IMG/VR virus record: IMGVR_UViG_3300032401_000006
Span: 4,848 to 68,847 of that record
Reading direction: 5' to 3' (one strand)
DNA: 64,000 bases
Source of the DNA: a virus
The notes beneath the pieces were generated by a model. The model made no database searches. It was not told the origin of the DNA and was given only the letters and a program-made list of their open reading frames with translations. Position 1 is the stretch's first letter. Every line of letters begins with the position of its first letter. The translations under genes and the position numbers were made by a program. Positions 48,446 to 57,176 of the stretch are shown piece after piece.

Positions 48446-49609
48446 TTACGAGTCCATCCCACAGCAACGGGCCATAATGGTCCGATTCTTCGCCTTGACT
48501 TCGGTAATGATCTCATCTCGACGAGCTGATCGCATGAGGGAGTTCAGTTTGGCAATGATCTCCTTCATCTTCTTGTTGGCCTCGATGCCGGCGGCTTCCT
48601 GGTTCTGCGCCTTCATGGCATTCGAGTAGATTTCAACTGCCTGATCGAACAATTCCAACGCCACCTTCAAGTCCGGGTTGGAGAACGAAAGGATGACCTT
48701 CTTCACTTCACGCTTCTGTTCCGGGCGATCCCAGAAGATCGCGATCAGCTGCTCGGTGTCCTCACGCTCGACTTTGGAAGATCCACGGAGCCACGCACTG
48801 GCGCGGAGCACCTTGTTCGCCGCCCGCCACCGCCTGTCCGAGAACGTCATGCCGACCTGGCCGAAAGATGCTCTCAGCTCGGCCAGGATGTCCGGCACGT
48901 CATTCATGTCTATCTGCTTCACTTCGGCCTGCGCCTCGGCGAGCTCGGTCAGCGTGATCTGATTCCGCAGCGGCTGGTCGTCGTCCATTCCGACGAGCTT
49001 TTTGAAGTTGGCCTCGTCCTGGATGTACCCGACTTCATAGCGGAGCAGGAACCTGTCATACAGGGCATCCAGCGATGCATCCTCGGGCAGCTCGTTCGAT
49101 GCCGAAAAGCAAGTCTGTAATGGAATACTTTCAACCACACCATCCTGCACGAACTCGTGCTCGTTCAGAGCCTTCAGCAAGGCGTTCAAGATGGCCGAGC
49201 AGCTCTTCCAGATCTCGTCCAAGAAAGCGATCGTTGCCGTGGGCAACCGGTTGGTAGTGTTGAAGACGTACCGGTCCTGATCCAAGAGAGACAGACGCAA
49301 CGCCCCGAATATCTCCTCCAGCTTCGTGCCCTTCGTCATGAGGTACTCAAAGTAACCAGCACCGGTGATCGCAGCGCAGACCAGTTTGGTCAAATACGAC
49401 TTGGCCGTTCCGGGCAAGCCAAGCAAGAAGATGTTCAACCGGCACAACAGGGCAATGAAAACACCCTTGATGACCTCATCACGCTCCAGGACCCTGTCTT
49501 TCAGTTCAATCTGGAGGGCTTGAAATTTCATCCGCAACTGGTGGGATGCAGGAACTGGCACTTCATCTTTTACTGCTCGCAACTTCTTGTTCTTTTCGTT
49601 GAAGTTCAT
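48446..49609 (-). CDS. MoxR-family AAA+ ATPase (RavA-like)
   Basis: GLPGTAKS, FLDEIWK, ASNELP, ALYDRF, SDRRW. Confidence 0.92.
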   Translation of the reverse strand: MNFNEKNKKLRAVKDEVPVPASHQLRMKFQALQIELKDRVLERDEVIKGVFIALLCRLNIFLLGLPGTAKSYLTKLVCAAITGAGYFEYLMTKGTKLEEIFGALRLSLLDQDRYVFNTTNRLPTATIAFLDEIWKSCSAILNALLKALNEHEFVQDGVVESIPLQTCFSASNELPEDASLDALYDRFLLRYEVGYIQDEANFKKLVGMDDDQPLRNQITLTELAEAQAEVKQIDMNDVPDILAELRASFGQVGMTFSDRRWRAANKVLRASAWLRGSSKVEREDTEQLIAIFWDRPEQKREVKKVILSFSNPDLKVALELFDQAVEIYSNAMKAQNQEAAGIEANKKMKEIIAKLNSLMRSARRDEIITEVKAKNRTIMARCCGMDS

Positions 49610-49693
49610 GTTCGCTCCTTTTGGTTAATAAAATGATCTGAAAGCTAACAATCCCAGGCCCGATGAAAACTGGGCCAAGGTTGAAAACTCAGT

Positions 49694-50017
49694 CTAGCCG
49701 TGACCGTAATATCGATTGATATAATTTTGAAGCGCCTGACCGGTCAGCCCGCCGCTTTCGATCCGGCAATGTTCGTAGAGACTGATCGGGGCTTCCCGTT
49801 CAATATTGAGACCCCCTGTCCTAGAAACTCTGGCGCGTAGGGCATCACCGATCAACTGGGTTTCCTTGTGAACTTCTACGCACTTCCCACATGTTGCACC
49901 GGCACTGGTATGTCCGGTGATCTCCGGGGCCCAAGTGTAAGAAGCATTGTGTTTTTGAATCTGCCCGCAGATCTGACAGATCCAGGTGTCGTTTCCATCT
50001 TCATCAAAATGTGGCAT
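49694..50017 (-). CDS. Zinc-binding hypothetical protein
   Basis: CQIC..CGKC; strong RBS. Confidence 0.6.
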   Translation of the reverse strand: MPHFDEDGNDTWICQICGQIQKHNASYTWAPEITGHTSAGATCGKCVEVHKETQLIGDALRARVSRTGGLNIEREAPISLYEHCRIESGGLTGQALQNYINRYYGHG

Positions 50018-50020
50018 AGT

Positions 50021-50107
50021 CGCTCCTTTTTGGTTAAAAGTTCGTTACTTCAGTCAGGGGGCCGAACTGATCTGCTCGGCCCGCCTCAGAAGCTTGCGAA
50101 CTAGTTG
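50021..50107 (-). repeat. Conserved intergenic hairpin + RBS element, copy A
   Basis: Shares ccgcctcagaagcttgcgaactagttg and ttcgtYacttcagt with 51191..51278. Confidence 0.8.
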
Positions 50108-51183
50108 ACCAACTTGACCTGTTTGACTGTCACCGTGGTGATCTTCCCGGTCTTGTCGAAGAGTACCTTCACGTTGTCGCCACCGTCGTTGGAAACGTAA
50201 CCAACCACGACACCGAGCTCGCCGTATGTTTCCTTCATCTTCCCGGAGTACTGGATGCGGGACTGATAGGGAAAGTCCTTCGCCTGCTTGTAGCTTTCCA
50301 GCTCGCCGGTGAGGGCTTTCAGCACCTCGCCGCTCAAGCCCTGGAGTTTGGAGGTGAGTCCCTCGATGTCTGCGGCCAGCAGATCCCGGTACATCTCCGT
50401 TTTGTTGCGGAGCAGCTTGAAGCGCTCGATGCGTGTCTGAAGTACGTCGGTGCGGATGTCTTTCTTGGACGTCTGCTCCTTCACGTCTTCCGCTGCCAGC
50501 TCCAAGTCACGCTCCAGCTCGGTCTTGATCACCTCGTACATCGTCGCTTTGGCGGCTTCGACGTCCGGCACCGGGACGCTGTAGAATTTGCACCCGGCCG
50601 CCTGGATGTAAGACTTCAACGCGTCATGCGCTTCCTGCTCGCGGACGAAGTAAATGCCGCCTGTGTCGCGCATCGTAACCGCGCCGACCGAGTTCAGGTA
50701 CCGGAGAGCGATCTTGCGAATCATGTCCTCGGTGTAGAGGTTGCGGTACTTGTCGAACAGTTTGATGATCTCGTCTTTCTTGTGCGCCATCCTGACGTCC
50801 AGCGTGCCCTTCACGGTGTCAAAGACGATGATGTTCTCTTTGACCAGGTCGAGGTCGATGTTCTTGCGGTCGGTCTCTTCCCTGGCCAAGATGTAGGCGA
50901 TCACGCCGGCGTCGTTACGGATCTGGCGAATGAGTCCCTCGCGCTCCACGGCTTCAAGGGCGGTGCGGAGTGCCCGACGCTTCGACGGCTCGGGCGGCAT
51001 GAACTGCGCGCCGATCGTCTTGGTGAGTAGGTCGAGCAGCTGCTTGCCGTTGAGCTCGATCCCCATGTGAATCGTCCACCAAACGGCAAAACCGAGGAAC
51101 GGAAGCTTGGACTGAATAGTTCCGGCTGCGATCTTCTGAGCCTTGGCAGATGCCTCGGCTTTCGTGCCTTTTGCTTTTGTCAT
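50101..51183 (-). CDS. Hypothetical helical protein (DUF3150-like) upstream of the AAA/VWA pair
   Basis: 360 aa; LGFAVWW, MRDTGGIYFV motifs. Confidence 0.65.
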   Translation of the reverse strand: MTKAKGTKAEASAKAQKIAAGTIQSKLPFLGFAVWWTIHMGIELNGKQLLDLLTKTIGAQFMPPEPSKRRALRTALEAVEREGLIRQIRNDAGVIAYILAREETDRKNIDLDLVKENIIVFDTVKGTLDVRMAHKKDEIIKLFDKYRNLYTEDMIRKIALRYLNSVGAVTMRDTGGIYFVREQEAHDALKSYIQAAGCKFYSVPVPDVEAAKATMYEVIKTELERDLELAAEDVKEQTSKKDIRTDVLQTRIERFKLLRNKTEMYRDLLAADIEGLTSKLQGLSGEVLKALTGELESYKQAKDFPYQSRIQYSGKMKETYGELGVVVGYVSNDGGDNVKVLFDKTGKITTVTVKQVKLVN

Positions 51184-51190
51184 GACACTG

Positions 51191-51278
51191 CGCTCCTTTT
51201 GATTTAAGTTGGGTTCGTCACTTCAGTTAGGGGCTCGAAGCTGCCCTCGAGCCGCCTCAGAAGCTTGCGAACTAGTTG
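51191..51278 (-). repeat. Conserved intergenic hairpin + RBS element, copy B
   Basis: See copy A; inner stem covaries. Confidence 0.8.
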
Positions 51279-51460
51279 CCCGCGCGCCGCGAGATGATGC
51301 CGGCCGCGTCGTGGAGGTTCTTGGCGATCAGGTCGGCTCGGAAGTTCATCACCTCCTCCTCGGACCCTTCGAAGTAGATTGCCATCAGGGTCAGCAGATC
51401 CTGCACCTGCTGAGCGTCGAGCAGCTTGATGCGCTCCATTAAAGTTATGACTTCGTCCAT
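51272..51460 (-). CDS. Hypothetical protein, first gene of the leftward operon
   Basis: 62 aa, RBS AAAAGGAGCG. Confidence 0.65.
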   Translation of the reverse strand: MDEVITLMERIKLLDAQQVQDLLTLMAIYFEGSEEEVMNFRADLIAKNLHDAAGIISRRAGN

Positions 51461-51479
51461 TTTGTCCGCTCCTTTTCAG

Positions 51480-52025
51480 TGGTTGAAAAACCCAATCCTC
51501 AGCTGCACCATATAAGAAGATATGAAATGCGTCTGAGGATCGGGTCGAGCTTTCGCTCAGACCCAACCACCTGTTATCTAAAGTTGTCTCGATTTCGTCG
51601 GATGGTTTCGAGTCCGTCTCGTCCAGTTTTTGCCGCGCACGTTTGTGGCGTGCGTCAGGATCTCAGGATTGCCACGTTGGCCGCGCTCGCTTCAAATCCC
51701 CGTGGTGACAGATCTGATCGTCCGCTGCTGCCTGGTTGGCAACCCGTTAGTCCTTGCTGGATATTCCGGTCGTCGTTCATCGGGTACAGGGTACGCCCCC
51801 GCCCCTTCGCTGCGTGCCCGTTAGCATTGATCTCAGGATCACTGCGTCCGCCTGTTTCACGGCCTGTCGCCTACTCTGAGCTTTTGGATCCGGGTGTCCG
51901 GTCGGGATGTTCTGGTCTCTGCCCACTCCTGCCCGCTTCATCCCCAGCGGCTGTGGGTTTCGGTTGGGCTGCCGGCCTTTATCGGTTGCTCTTCCCCGAC
52001 CCGCCCGCTGTCAAAGATCTGATGC
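51480..52025 (-). ncRNA. Candidate ~550-nt structured leader/ncRNA
   Basis: No convincing minus-strand ORF between the promoter and the first RBS; boxA-like GATCTTTGACA at the 5' end; multiple stems and internal repeats. Confidence 0.5.
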
Positions 52026-52031
52026 AAGAAA

Positions 52032-52060
52032 ATAATACTCCACTATAAAAGTAGTGTAAA
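52032..52060 (-). promoter_or_regulatory. Sigma70-like promoter (leftward)
   Basis: TTTACA-N17-TATTAT with AT-rich upstream sequence. Confidence 0.7.
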
Positions 52061-52208
52061 GCTAATTTTAGAGTATTTTCGTGTCCATATCTGCTATCAA
52101 TCCAATCAGTTACAGCTATACTGGGCAAATAGCTGAATATTTTTCTGGACAGGATCACTGTTTTTCAGTGATTTTATGGTGGAGCGGTGTGAAAAGAAAA
52201 ACATCTTT

Positions 52209-52239
52209 TTGTCCAACGACCGGCGCCACGTGGTAGAAT
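52209..52239 (+). promoter_or_regulatory. Extended -10 promoter (rightward)
   Basis: TGn-TAGAAT at 52231-52239 upstream of the plus-strand block. Confidence 0.5.
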
Positions 52240-52271
52240 AAGTCAGACGAACATGTTTTCAAGGAGCGACC

Positions 52272-52532
52272 ATGAGAACTAAGTATCCACGATCGTCCGT
52301 GCAGAGCATCGAGAAAAATCTGCCGCCGGATCCGAAACAGGTCCGCGCATTCCTGACGTCATTCCGCTTTGATTACATCGAGCGATACCAAGTCATTCTA
52401 TCCGACCGAGAACAGAATCACCTACGCCACCTGCGCATCAAGTTCGATGATGATGGCAAGCTGTCTCAAAAAGATTTCATGCAGTTGGACGAGTACGCAT
52501 TCGAGCGTCCGGAAAAAGGAGCAAAACGATAG
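52272..52532 (+). CDS. Hypothetical protein
   Basis: RBS AAGGAGCG, 86 aa. Confidence 0.65.
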   Translation: MRTKYPRSSVQSIEKNLPPDPKQVRAFLTSFRFDYIERYQVILSDREQNHLRHLRIKFDDDGKLSQKDFMQLDEYAFERPEKGAKR

Positions 52533-52636
52533 GACGAATTTGGATGGGCACGAGCTGGTTGGATGTGCCTGTTCCAAGGGTGGTGGGTTTGGTCGCTCCT
52601 TCCCACCACTCTTCAAAAATATATCAAGAGGACGAG

Positions 52637-52972
52637 ATGAACAAAGTCGAGATCGGCAACACGAAGAAAGCAGCGATGGAAGCCCGGAGCATTTCTATCC
52701 GTGATTTGAGTTTACCGGTGTTCAAGGAAGTCATTCAACCCGTCATAGTTCAGCTGCGTCGAGTGTCGTCAGACCCGAACACGGCTGTCTCTACTGTCCT
52801 CAAAAGATTGGGCCGTCAAGACCAGGATGAAATCCAAATGCTTCTGGCCGCTGCAGGTGAAATCCATCACATGCAAGAGCAGGACGACAAACGCCTCCTG
52901 GCGATGAAGCAAGCAGGTGCCGAAGAGAAATATCCTGCCAAGAGAGGCCGCCGTGAAACAAACCTGGCGTAA
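52637..52972 (+). CDS. Hypothetical protein
   Basis: RBS GAGGA, ATG 52637. Confidence 0.55.
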   Translation: MNKVEIGNTKKAAMEARSISIRDLSLPVFKEVIQPVIVQLRRVSSDPNTAVSTVLKRLGRQDQDEIQMLLAAAGEIHHMQEQDDKRLLAMKQAGAEEKYPAKRGRRETNLA

Positions 52973-53213
52973 GAGCGCACTGCAGTATCACACACAGCGA
53001 TTCAATCTGTGGTATCACAAACATTCTGGTTGGGTGGTGTTCTTGATCGTTTACTTCGTGGTGCTGGTTACATTTTTAGTTACGTGGAAATCGATGCATG
53101 GAGCATGGAAATAATGGAACGCGTGATTGCAGTCATTGGTTATTTGTTGGTCGTCGCCGGGTTGATCGCTGTGTACGTGCATGACGTTTGGAGAATCAAA
53201 AGAAGGAGACAAA

Positions 53214-54242
53214 ATGGCAATTCGAGGTTACATTGAACGAGCAGGCAGTATCCTTACATTCCGTGACAACCACGGACCAATCAATGCAAGATCTATCTGT
53301 TCGTTTGTGCAGTGGCAACATGAATCCGGAATCGTCAACGGAAACGATTTCACGCCAGAAATCGTTGACATCAAGAATGGTGGTCTCGATCCAGACGGTC
53401 GTTGTCCTCCGCTGGCCACCGGAGCAATCTGCGGATTTACTCCCCAATGTGATGATGGGGAGAATGATGATACTAAACCTAACTTTGTTGGTGGGTGGGT
53501 GTTGCAATTTGAGCACCCAGGTTACGATCCTTATTGTGTCCAATTTGCTTATGTTCCCGTCAACGAATTTTTCGGCGGAGCGAACACAGACAAAGGGGAG
53601 GGGCTCGGTTATTCAATCTGCTACCGAGTTGATGAGTTCGGCAATGTCCAGGCTGATATTGCCGTGAGATGTGGGCGTCCTGGAGGGATAAAGGATTCTA
53701 TCCACAATCCTCACATGGTTGAAGTTACCGGGATGCCTTCGCTATTTGACTTCGATTTTCTCATGGGGAGGTACGTCGGACCTGGGGGCATCAGCATACT
53801 CAAGCTGCCTTCTGAGTTTTTCTTTCCGGATTGGCGAGCAGGTAAGTCCGCAATCTTGATGCAAGATCGACTTCCGAAGGAACACCCTTTCAACACACCA
53901 TATAGACTTGATCCAAACACATGGATGTACACGATGGCACGAGATGTTGAACTGTTAAGTCCAATCATCGGAGTCTCCCGCCGTAGTGATGGTGCAGGTA
54001 TTTTGATGGTTCACGGAAATCTGTCTGTGGAGTCACAACCGGTGATTTACAACATCTGGAGCGACAGCCAGGGTGTAGTTCCGATCTTGTCATCGTGGGC
54101 ATGTGACAAGTTCGATGACCGTTCAACCACGATCTATCGACTTTACTGGTTCCCATTCACCGCGCAGACGCGGGCACAGCAATTTGAACGGGCAATTGCA
54201 TTGTGCAATTACGAGAATCCAATCAGCGTGCAGAACTGGTGA
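53214..54242 (+). CDS. Hypothetical protein (aromatic/beta-rich)
   Basis: 342 aa from ATG 53214 with RBS AAGGAG; no recognised motif. Confidence 0.7.
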   Translation: MAIRGYIERAGSILTFRDNHGPINARSICSFVQWQHESGIVNGNDFTPEIVDIKNGGLDPDGRCPPLATGAICGFTPQCDDGENDDTKPNFVGGWVLQFEHPGYDPYCVQFAYVPVNEFFGGANTDKGEGLGYSICYRVDEFGNVQADIAVRCGRPGGIKDSIHNPHMVEVTGMPSLFDFDFLMGRYVGPGGISILKLPSEFFFPDWRAGKSAILMQDRLPKEHPFNTPYRLDPNTWMYTMARDVELLSPIIGVSRRSDGAGILMVHGNLSVESQPVIYNIWSDSQGVVPILSSWACDKFDDRSTTIYRLYWFPFTAQTRAQQFERAIALCNYENPISVQNW

Positions 54243-54249
54243 GGTTAGT

Positions 54250-54579
54250 ATGACTGACAATAAAGAAGCAGTAACAACCATTGGCAAATTCTATGAACCT
54301 CCGACCGTTCTGGAAATCCGAAAGTCGGACAACTCAATTTTGGTCAGTATTGGACCTAACGGAGTTCTCACATACGGGCCAGACTACACACCGGACGCAG
54401 CAGCAGTAGTATTCTGGGAGGCACTTGCTGAAATGGGTATTGGAATTGCAAGTGCCCGAATTGCAGAGTTGAAATCAGCTTTGCGGAAGTATGGGCGTCA
54501 TGCGGAAGACTGTATCAAGACGGCACGTCCATTAGGTAGGTGGTCTTGCGAATGTGGCCTTGATGATGCATTCAAATGA
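54250..54579 (+). CDS. Hypothetical protein
   Basis: RBS GAGG; ends H..DC..CECGL. Confidence 0.6.
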   Translation: MTDNKEAVTTIGKFYEPPTVLEIRKSDNSILVSIGPNGVLTYGPDYTPDAAAVVFWEALAEMGIGIASARIAELKSALRKYGRHAEDCIKTARPLGRWSCECGLDDAFK

Positions 54580-54733
54580 GAATGCCCTCACTCGGCATGG
54601 TAGTGAACCGACCTTTGCAAGGGTCATGCTTCAAGCCAGCCAGGGAGGGCAGAAGCGGGTTGCTGCTACGGACTGGGCATAGACGTACAGCCTGTACAAA
54701 GTGGGACCAGCAGCCCGCGGATGGAGGAGTGAG

Positions 54734-55039
54734 ATGTCTGAAATCAAAACATTAACGTTTGTGACTGAGGGAAGAGTCGGATTACCCAAAGGACTTCCAA
54801 ATCAAACCCTCCACATATCCACTCCACAGATGGATGTTGGCATAGTAGTCAAGGACGGGGCTTGTTCGCAGAACGCCAAAGCAGACTGTAGGCACTGTTG
54901 GCACGGAACCGGAGTAATGCTCGCAAGTAATCCACCGAAAGTCGAAGAGATTTGTTGTTGGTGCGGAGAGAAGCGATATTTGTTTAGTCGCGTTCTGGTT
55001 CTGGATGGAAAGCACGGGGAATTCGCCCCATTTAGGTAG
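54734..55039 (+). CDS. Cys/His-rich hypothetical protein
   Basis: CRHCWH..CCWCG; RBS GGAGGAG. Confidence 0.6.
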   Translation: MSEIKTLTFVTEGRVGLPKGLPNQTLHISTPQMDVGIVVKDGACSQNAKADCRHCWHGTGVMLASNPPKVEEICCWCGEKRYLFSRVLVLDGKHGEFAPFR

Positions 55040-55057
55040 CCCGCGAAGGGAGGAGAG

Positions 55058-55252
55058 ATGGAGAAACCAGAACTTAAACCGTGCCCATTTTGTGGTAAAG
55101 ATGCCTATTACAGTTGGGCTGTAAACGGCCTACTCATGGTCACTATTGGATGTGTCTACTGTGGCGTGCACGTTAAGGCCGCGAGGGATGGATATGGGGA
55201 TGACGCCAAACTGAGTAGGGACATAGTAACTGTTTGGAATGCGCGAGTGTAA
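55058..55252 (+). CDS. Lar-like restriction alleviation zinc-ribbon protein
   Basis: ELKPCPFCG..CVYCG..WNAR. Confidence 0.75.
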   Translation: MEKPELKPCPFCGKDAYYSWAVNGLLMVTIGCVYCGVHVKAARDGYGDDAKLSRDIVTVWNARV

Positions 55253-55362
55253 CCTTGCCTGAGGCAAGCGCCGTGCGGCGTGACGAAAGAAAGGCCGGTA
55301 GACGTTGCCGGAACGAGCCTATTAGCGGCTATCACGCCCCGGCCACAGCGAAAGAGGCCTAA

Positions 55363-55570
55363 AATGTACGAGACTTATATTCAAATCGTTCCACTTGTTC
55401 CTCAGGGCACTAACAGTACAATGTTCACCGCATGCTGTCACGTAGCCATATGCGACCGTGAAACTAAGTGTCCGCGATGCCGAAAGAAGGTAATCGGAGC
55501 AGATTGTGTAAGCGATTTTGCGCGCCGTGAACTTCGATGGAAGAATGCAACACGTTATTGGAAGCGATGA
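55363..55570 (+). CDS. Zinc-ribbon hypothetical protein
   Basis: TACCHVAIC..CPRC. Confidence 0.55.
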
Positions 55571-55589
55571 GGACCACGGCGAACTTTAT

Positions 55590-55664
55590 GGGCTGGCTGC
55601 ATACCCGTTCGAATCGGGCGTGCCGCAAGCACGAGATAGTTTGGCGACCCTATACAGCCAGCCC
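55590..55664 (+). ncRNA. Candidate tRNA-like (T-loop) structured RNA
   Basis: 10-bp closing stem, CCCG-TTCGAAT-CGGG T-arm, CGTGC-CGCAA-GCACG hairpin, AGTTTGG D-loop-like segment. Confidence 0.45.
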
Positions 55665-55679
55665 TCCAAGGAGATTGAG

Positions 55680-56114
55680 ATGAGCGAATTAACAGACATC
55701 CTACATGTGAGCGGCAATCCGCTTTGTTGGGAAGCGGCAAAGTGCATAGAAGCCCTTGAGGATGAACTCCAGGAGGCAAATCGTCAGACGCTTGAGGAGT
55801 CCACTACTGCGGATGATCTGCGAACAGCGGTGGGGTCGGCATACGAGGCAGCCATTCAGCAGCGTGACGCATCATATCAGGCTGAGGCCAAGCTGCGAAA
55901 GGAGAACACCCACCTGTCCGAAGAGCTTGGAACATATACGAGCTTCGGCTGGAAGCATCAATACAAAAAATCTCAGGAGCGGTTGGAGGAGGCCATCCCA
56001 TGGGTGGTCGATTACAGCGAAGGTAGGGCAATGATCGCACCGGACAGAACGCGAGTAACCGAGTGGATTGCCAAGGTGCGTTCGTATCGTTCCACAAAGG
56101 AGCCTCATGACTGA
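55680..56114 (+). CDS. Coiled-coil hypothetical protein
   Basis: RBS AAGGAG, ATG 55680. Confidence 0.6.
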   Translation: MSELTDILHVSGNPLCWEAAKCIEALEDELQEANRQTLEESTTADDLRTAVGSAYEAAIQQRDASYQAEAKLRKENTHLSEELGTYTSFGWKHQYKKSQERLEEAIPWVVDYSEGRAMIAPDRTRVTEWIAKVRSYRSTKEPHD

Positions 56115-56310
56115 GATCAAAGTATCCGAGATCCGCGAACGGTTGGAATATCTACGCCTTCATCCTAATCATCGTGCCAACTTCGGCATGAATGCGGAGG
56201 GGGACATCGCCAACCTGCTGGAGTTGGTGGAGGAGGCTGACTTTATTATTGGGTGCGATAAGCCGGATAATTTGATGAAGCAGAACTGGCTCGCCAAGGT
56301 GCGCTCATGA
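56107..56310 (+). CDS. Hypothetical protein
   Basis: RBS AAGGAG; overlaps upstream stop. Confidence 0.55.
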   Translation: MTEIKVSEIRERLEYLRLHPNHRANFGMNAEGDIANLLELVEEADFIIGCDKPDNLMKQNWLAKVRS

Positions 56311-56332
56311 CCCTTAACTGAAAGGAAACAAT

Positions 56333-56989
56333 ATGCAAATATACAAAAACGGGGAGCTTGTGAAAATCAGAATCAAATATATCATGTCGTTCATTTTCAT
56401 GGTTGCTGTGATTGGTGGCCTTCTGTTTGTAGGCCACAAAGCAACTCAATCGCCCGCATCAAAACCCCTTTCAGGAGCGGCGATTGAAATCACTCACATT
56501 CAAACTCAGCTTGATGCTCTCTCCCAACAAATAGCCCTAGCCAATGAATTTGGCTTCACTCCATCTATCGTTGACAAGGTGCAGAAGCTGTCCCAAGTCT
56601 ATGTCAACACCGATCCGAAGTGGCGGCTGATCCGGACCCCCGAGAACCTGACGTACATCATCTTGAGTTTGATAAAAGCGGAATCCGACGGCGTCGTGGA
56701 TGCGAAGGGAGATGGTGGCAAGGCAACCGGTCTGACACAAATGTGGATGGCCACGGCGCGCCGGTACGATCCCAAAGTCACCGAGAAGGATCTAAAGAAT
56801 CCCGACAAGCATTTAGACATAGCGTTTGCCCACTTCAATTTTCTGCTTGAGAAATACAAAGGCAACATGGCCTTGGCCCTCTATGCCTGGAACCGGGGCG
56901 AGGGCAAGGTCGATCTGTTGATCAACATTGGGCAGCGTGTAGACAATGGCTATGGTGCCCGTGTTTATCAAGCGACTACAAAGGAGTGA
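56333..56989 (+). CDS. Membrane-anchored lytic transglycosylase (SLT domain)
   Basis: N-terminal TM; IKAES, GLTQM, ALYAWNRG. Confidence 0.88.
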   Translation: MQIYKNGELVKIRIKYIMSFIFMVAVIGGLLFVGHKATQSPASKPLSGAAIEITHIQTQLDALSQQIALANEFGFTPSIVDKVQKLSQVYVNTDPKWRLIRTPENLTYIILSLIKAESDGVVDAKGDGGKATGLTQMWMATARRYDPKVTEKDLKNPDKHLDIAFAHFNFLLEKYKGNMALALYAWNRGEGKVDLLINIGQRVDNGYGARVYQATTKE

Positions 56990-56992
56990 GAG

Positions 56993-57175
56993 ATGGACTT
57001 AGAAACAAGACTGGTGCTTTTTGTTATTTACGTCATCACTACAATCGCGGTAGGCGTATATGTTGCAGTCCAGAAGGGAAGAAGTCCAAGTGAAGGATTA
57101 ACTCTAGGCCTGTTCTTTGGTCCAATTGGTTGGATCTTGGTAGGTCTTCTGCCAGAAAAGAAGAGGAAGTCATAA
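56993..57175 (+). CDS. Small membrane protein
   Basis: Two hydrophobic segments, KGRS..GLFFGPIG. Confidence 0.7.
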   Translation: MDLETRLVLFVIYVITTIAVGVYVAVQKGRSPSEGLTLGLFFGPIGWILVGLLPEKKRKS

Positions 57176-57176
57176 A

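Noticed and set aside
143-51030. Many long plus-strand ORFs (e.g. 611..1291, 14298..15707, 32052..33119, 35185..36210)
   Set aside because: They are antisense shadows of well-supported minus-strand genes, with no motifs or RBS.
51479-52048. 189-aa plus-strand CDS
   Set aside because: No RBS, Pro/Arg/Ser-rich composition, and it lies antisense to the promoter-proximal leader.
55590-55664. Canonical tRNA gene
   Set aside because: Arm order is wrong and there is no anticodon arm or CCA end; kept only as a tRNA-like candidate.
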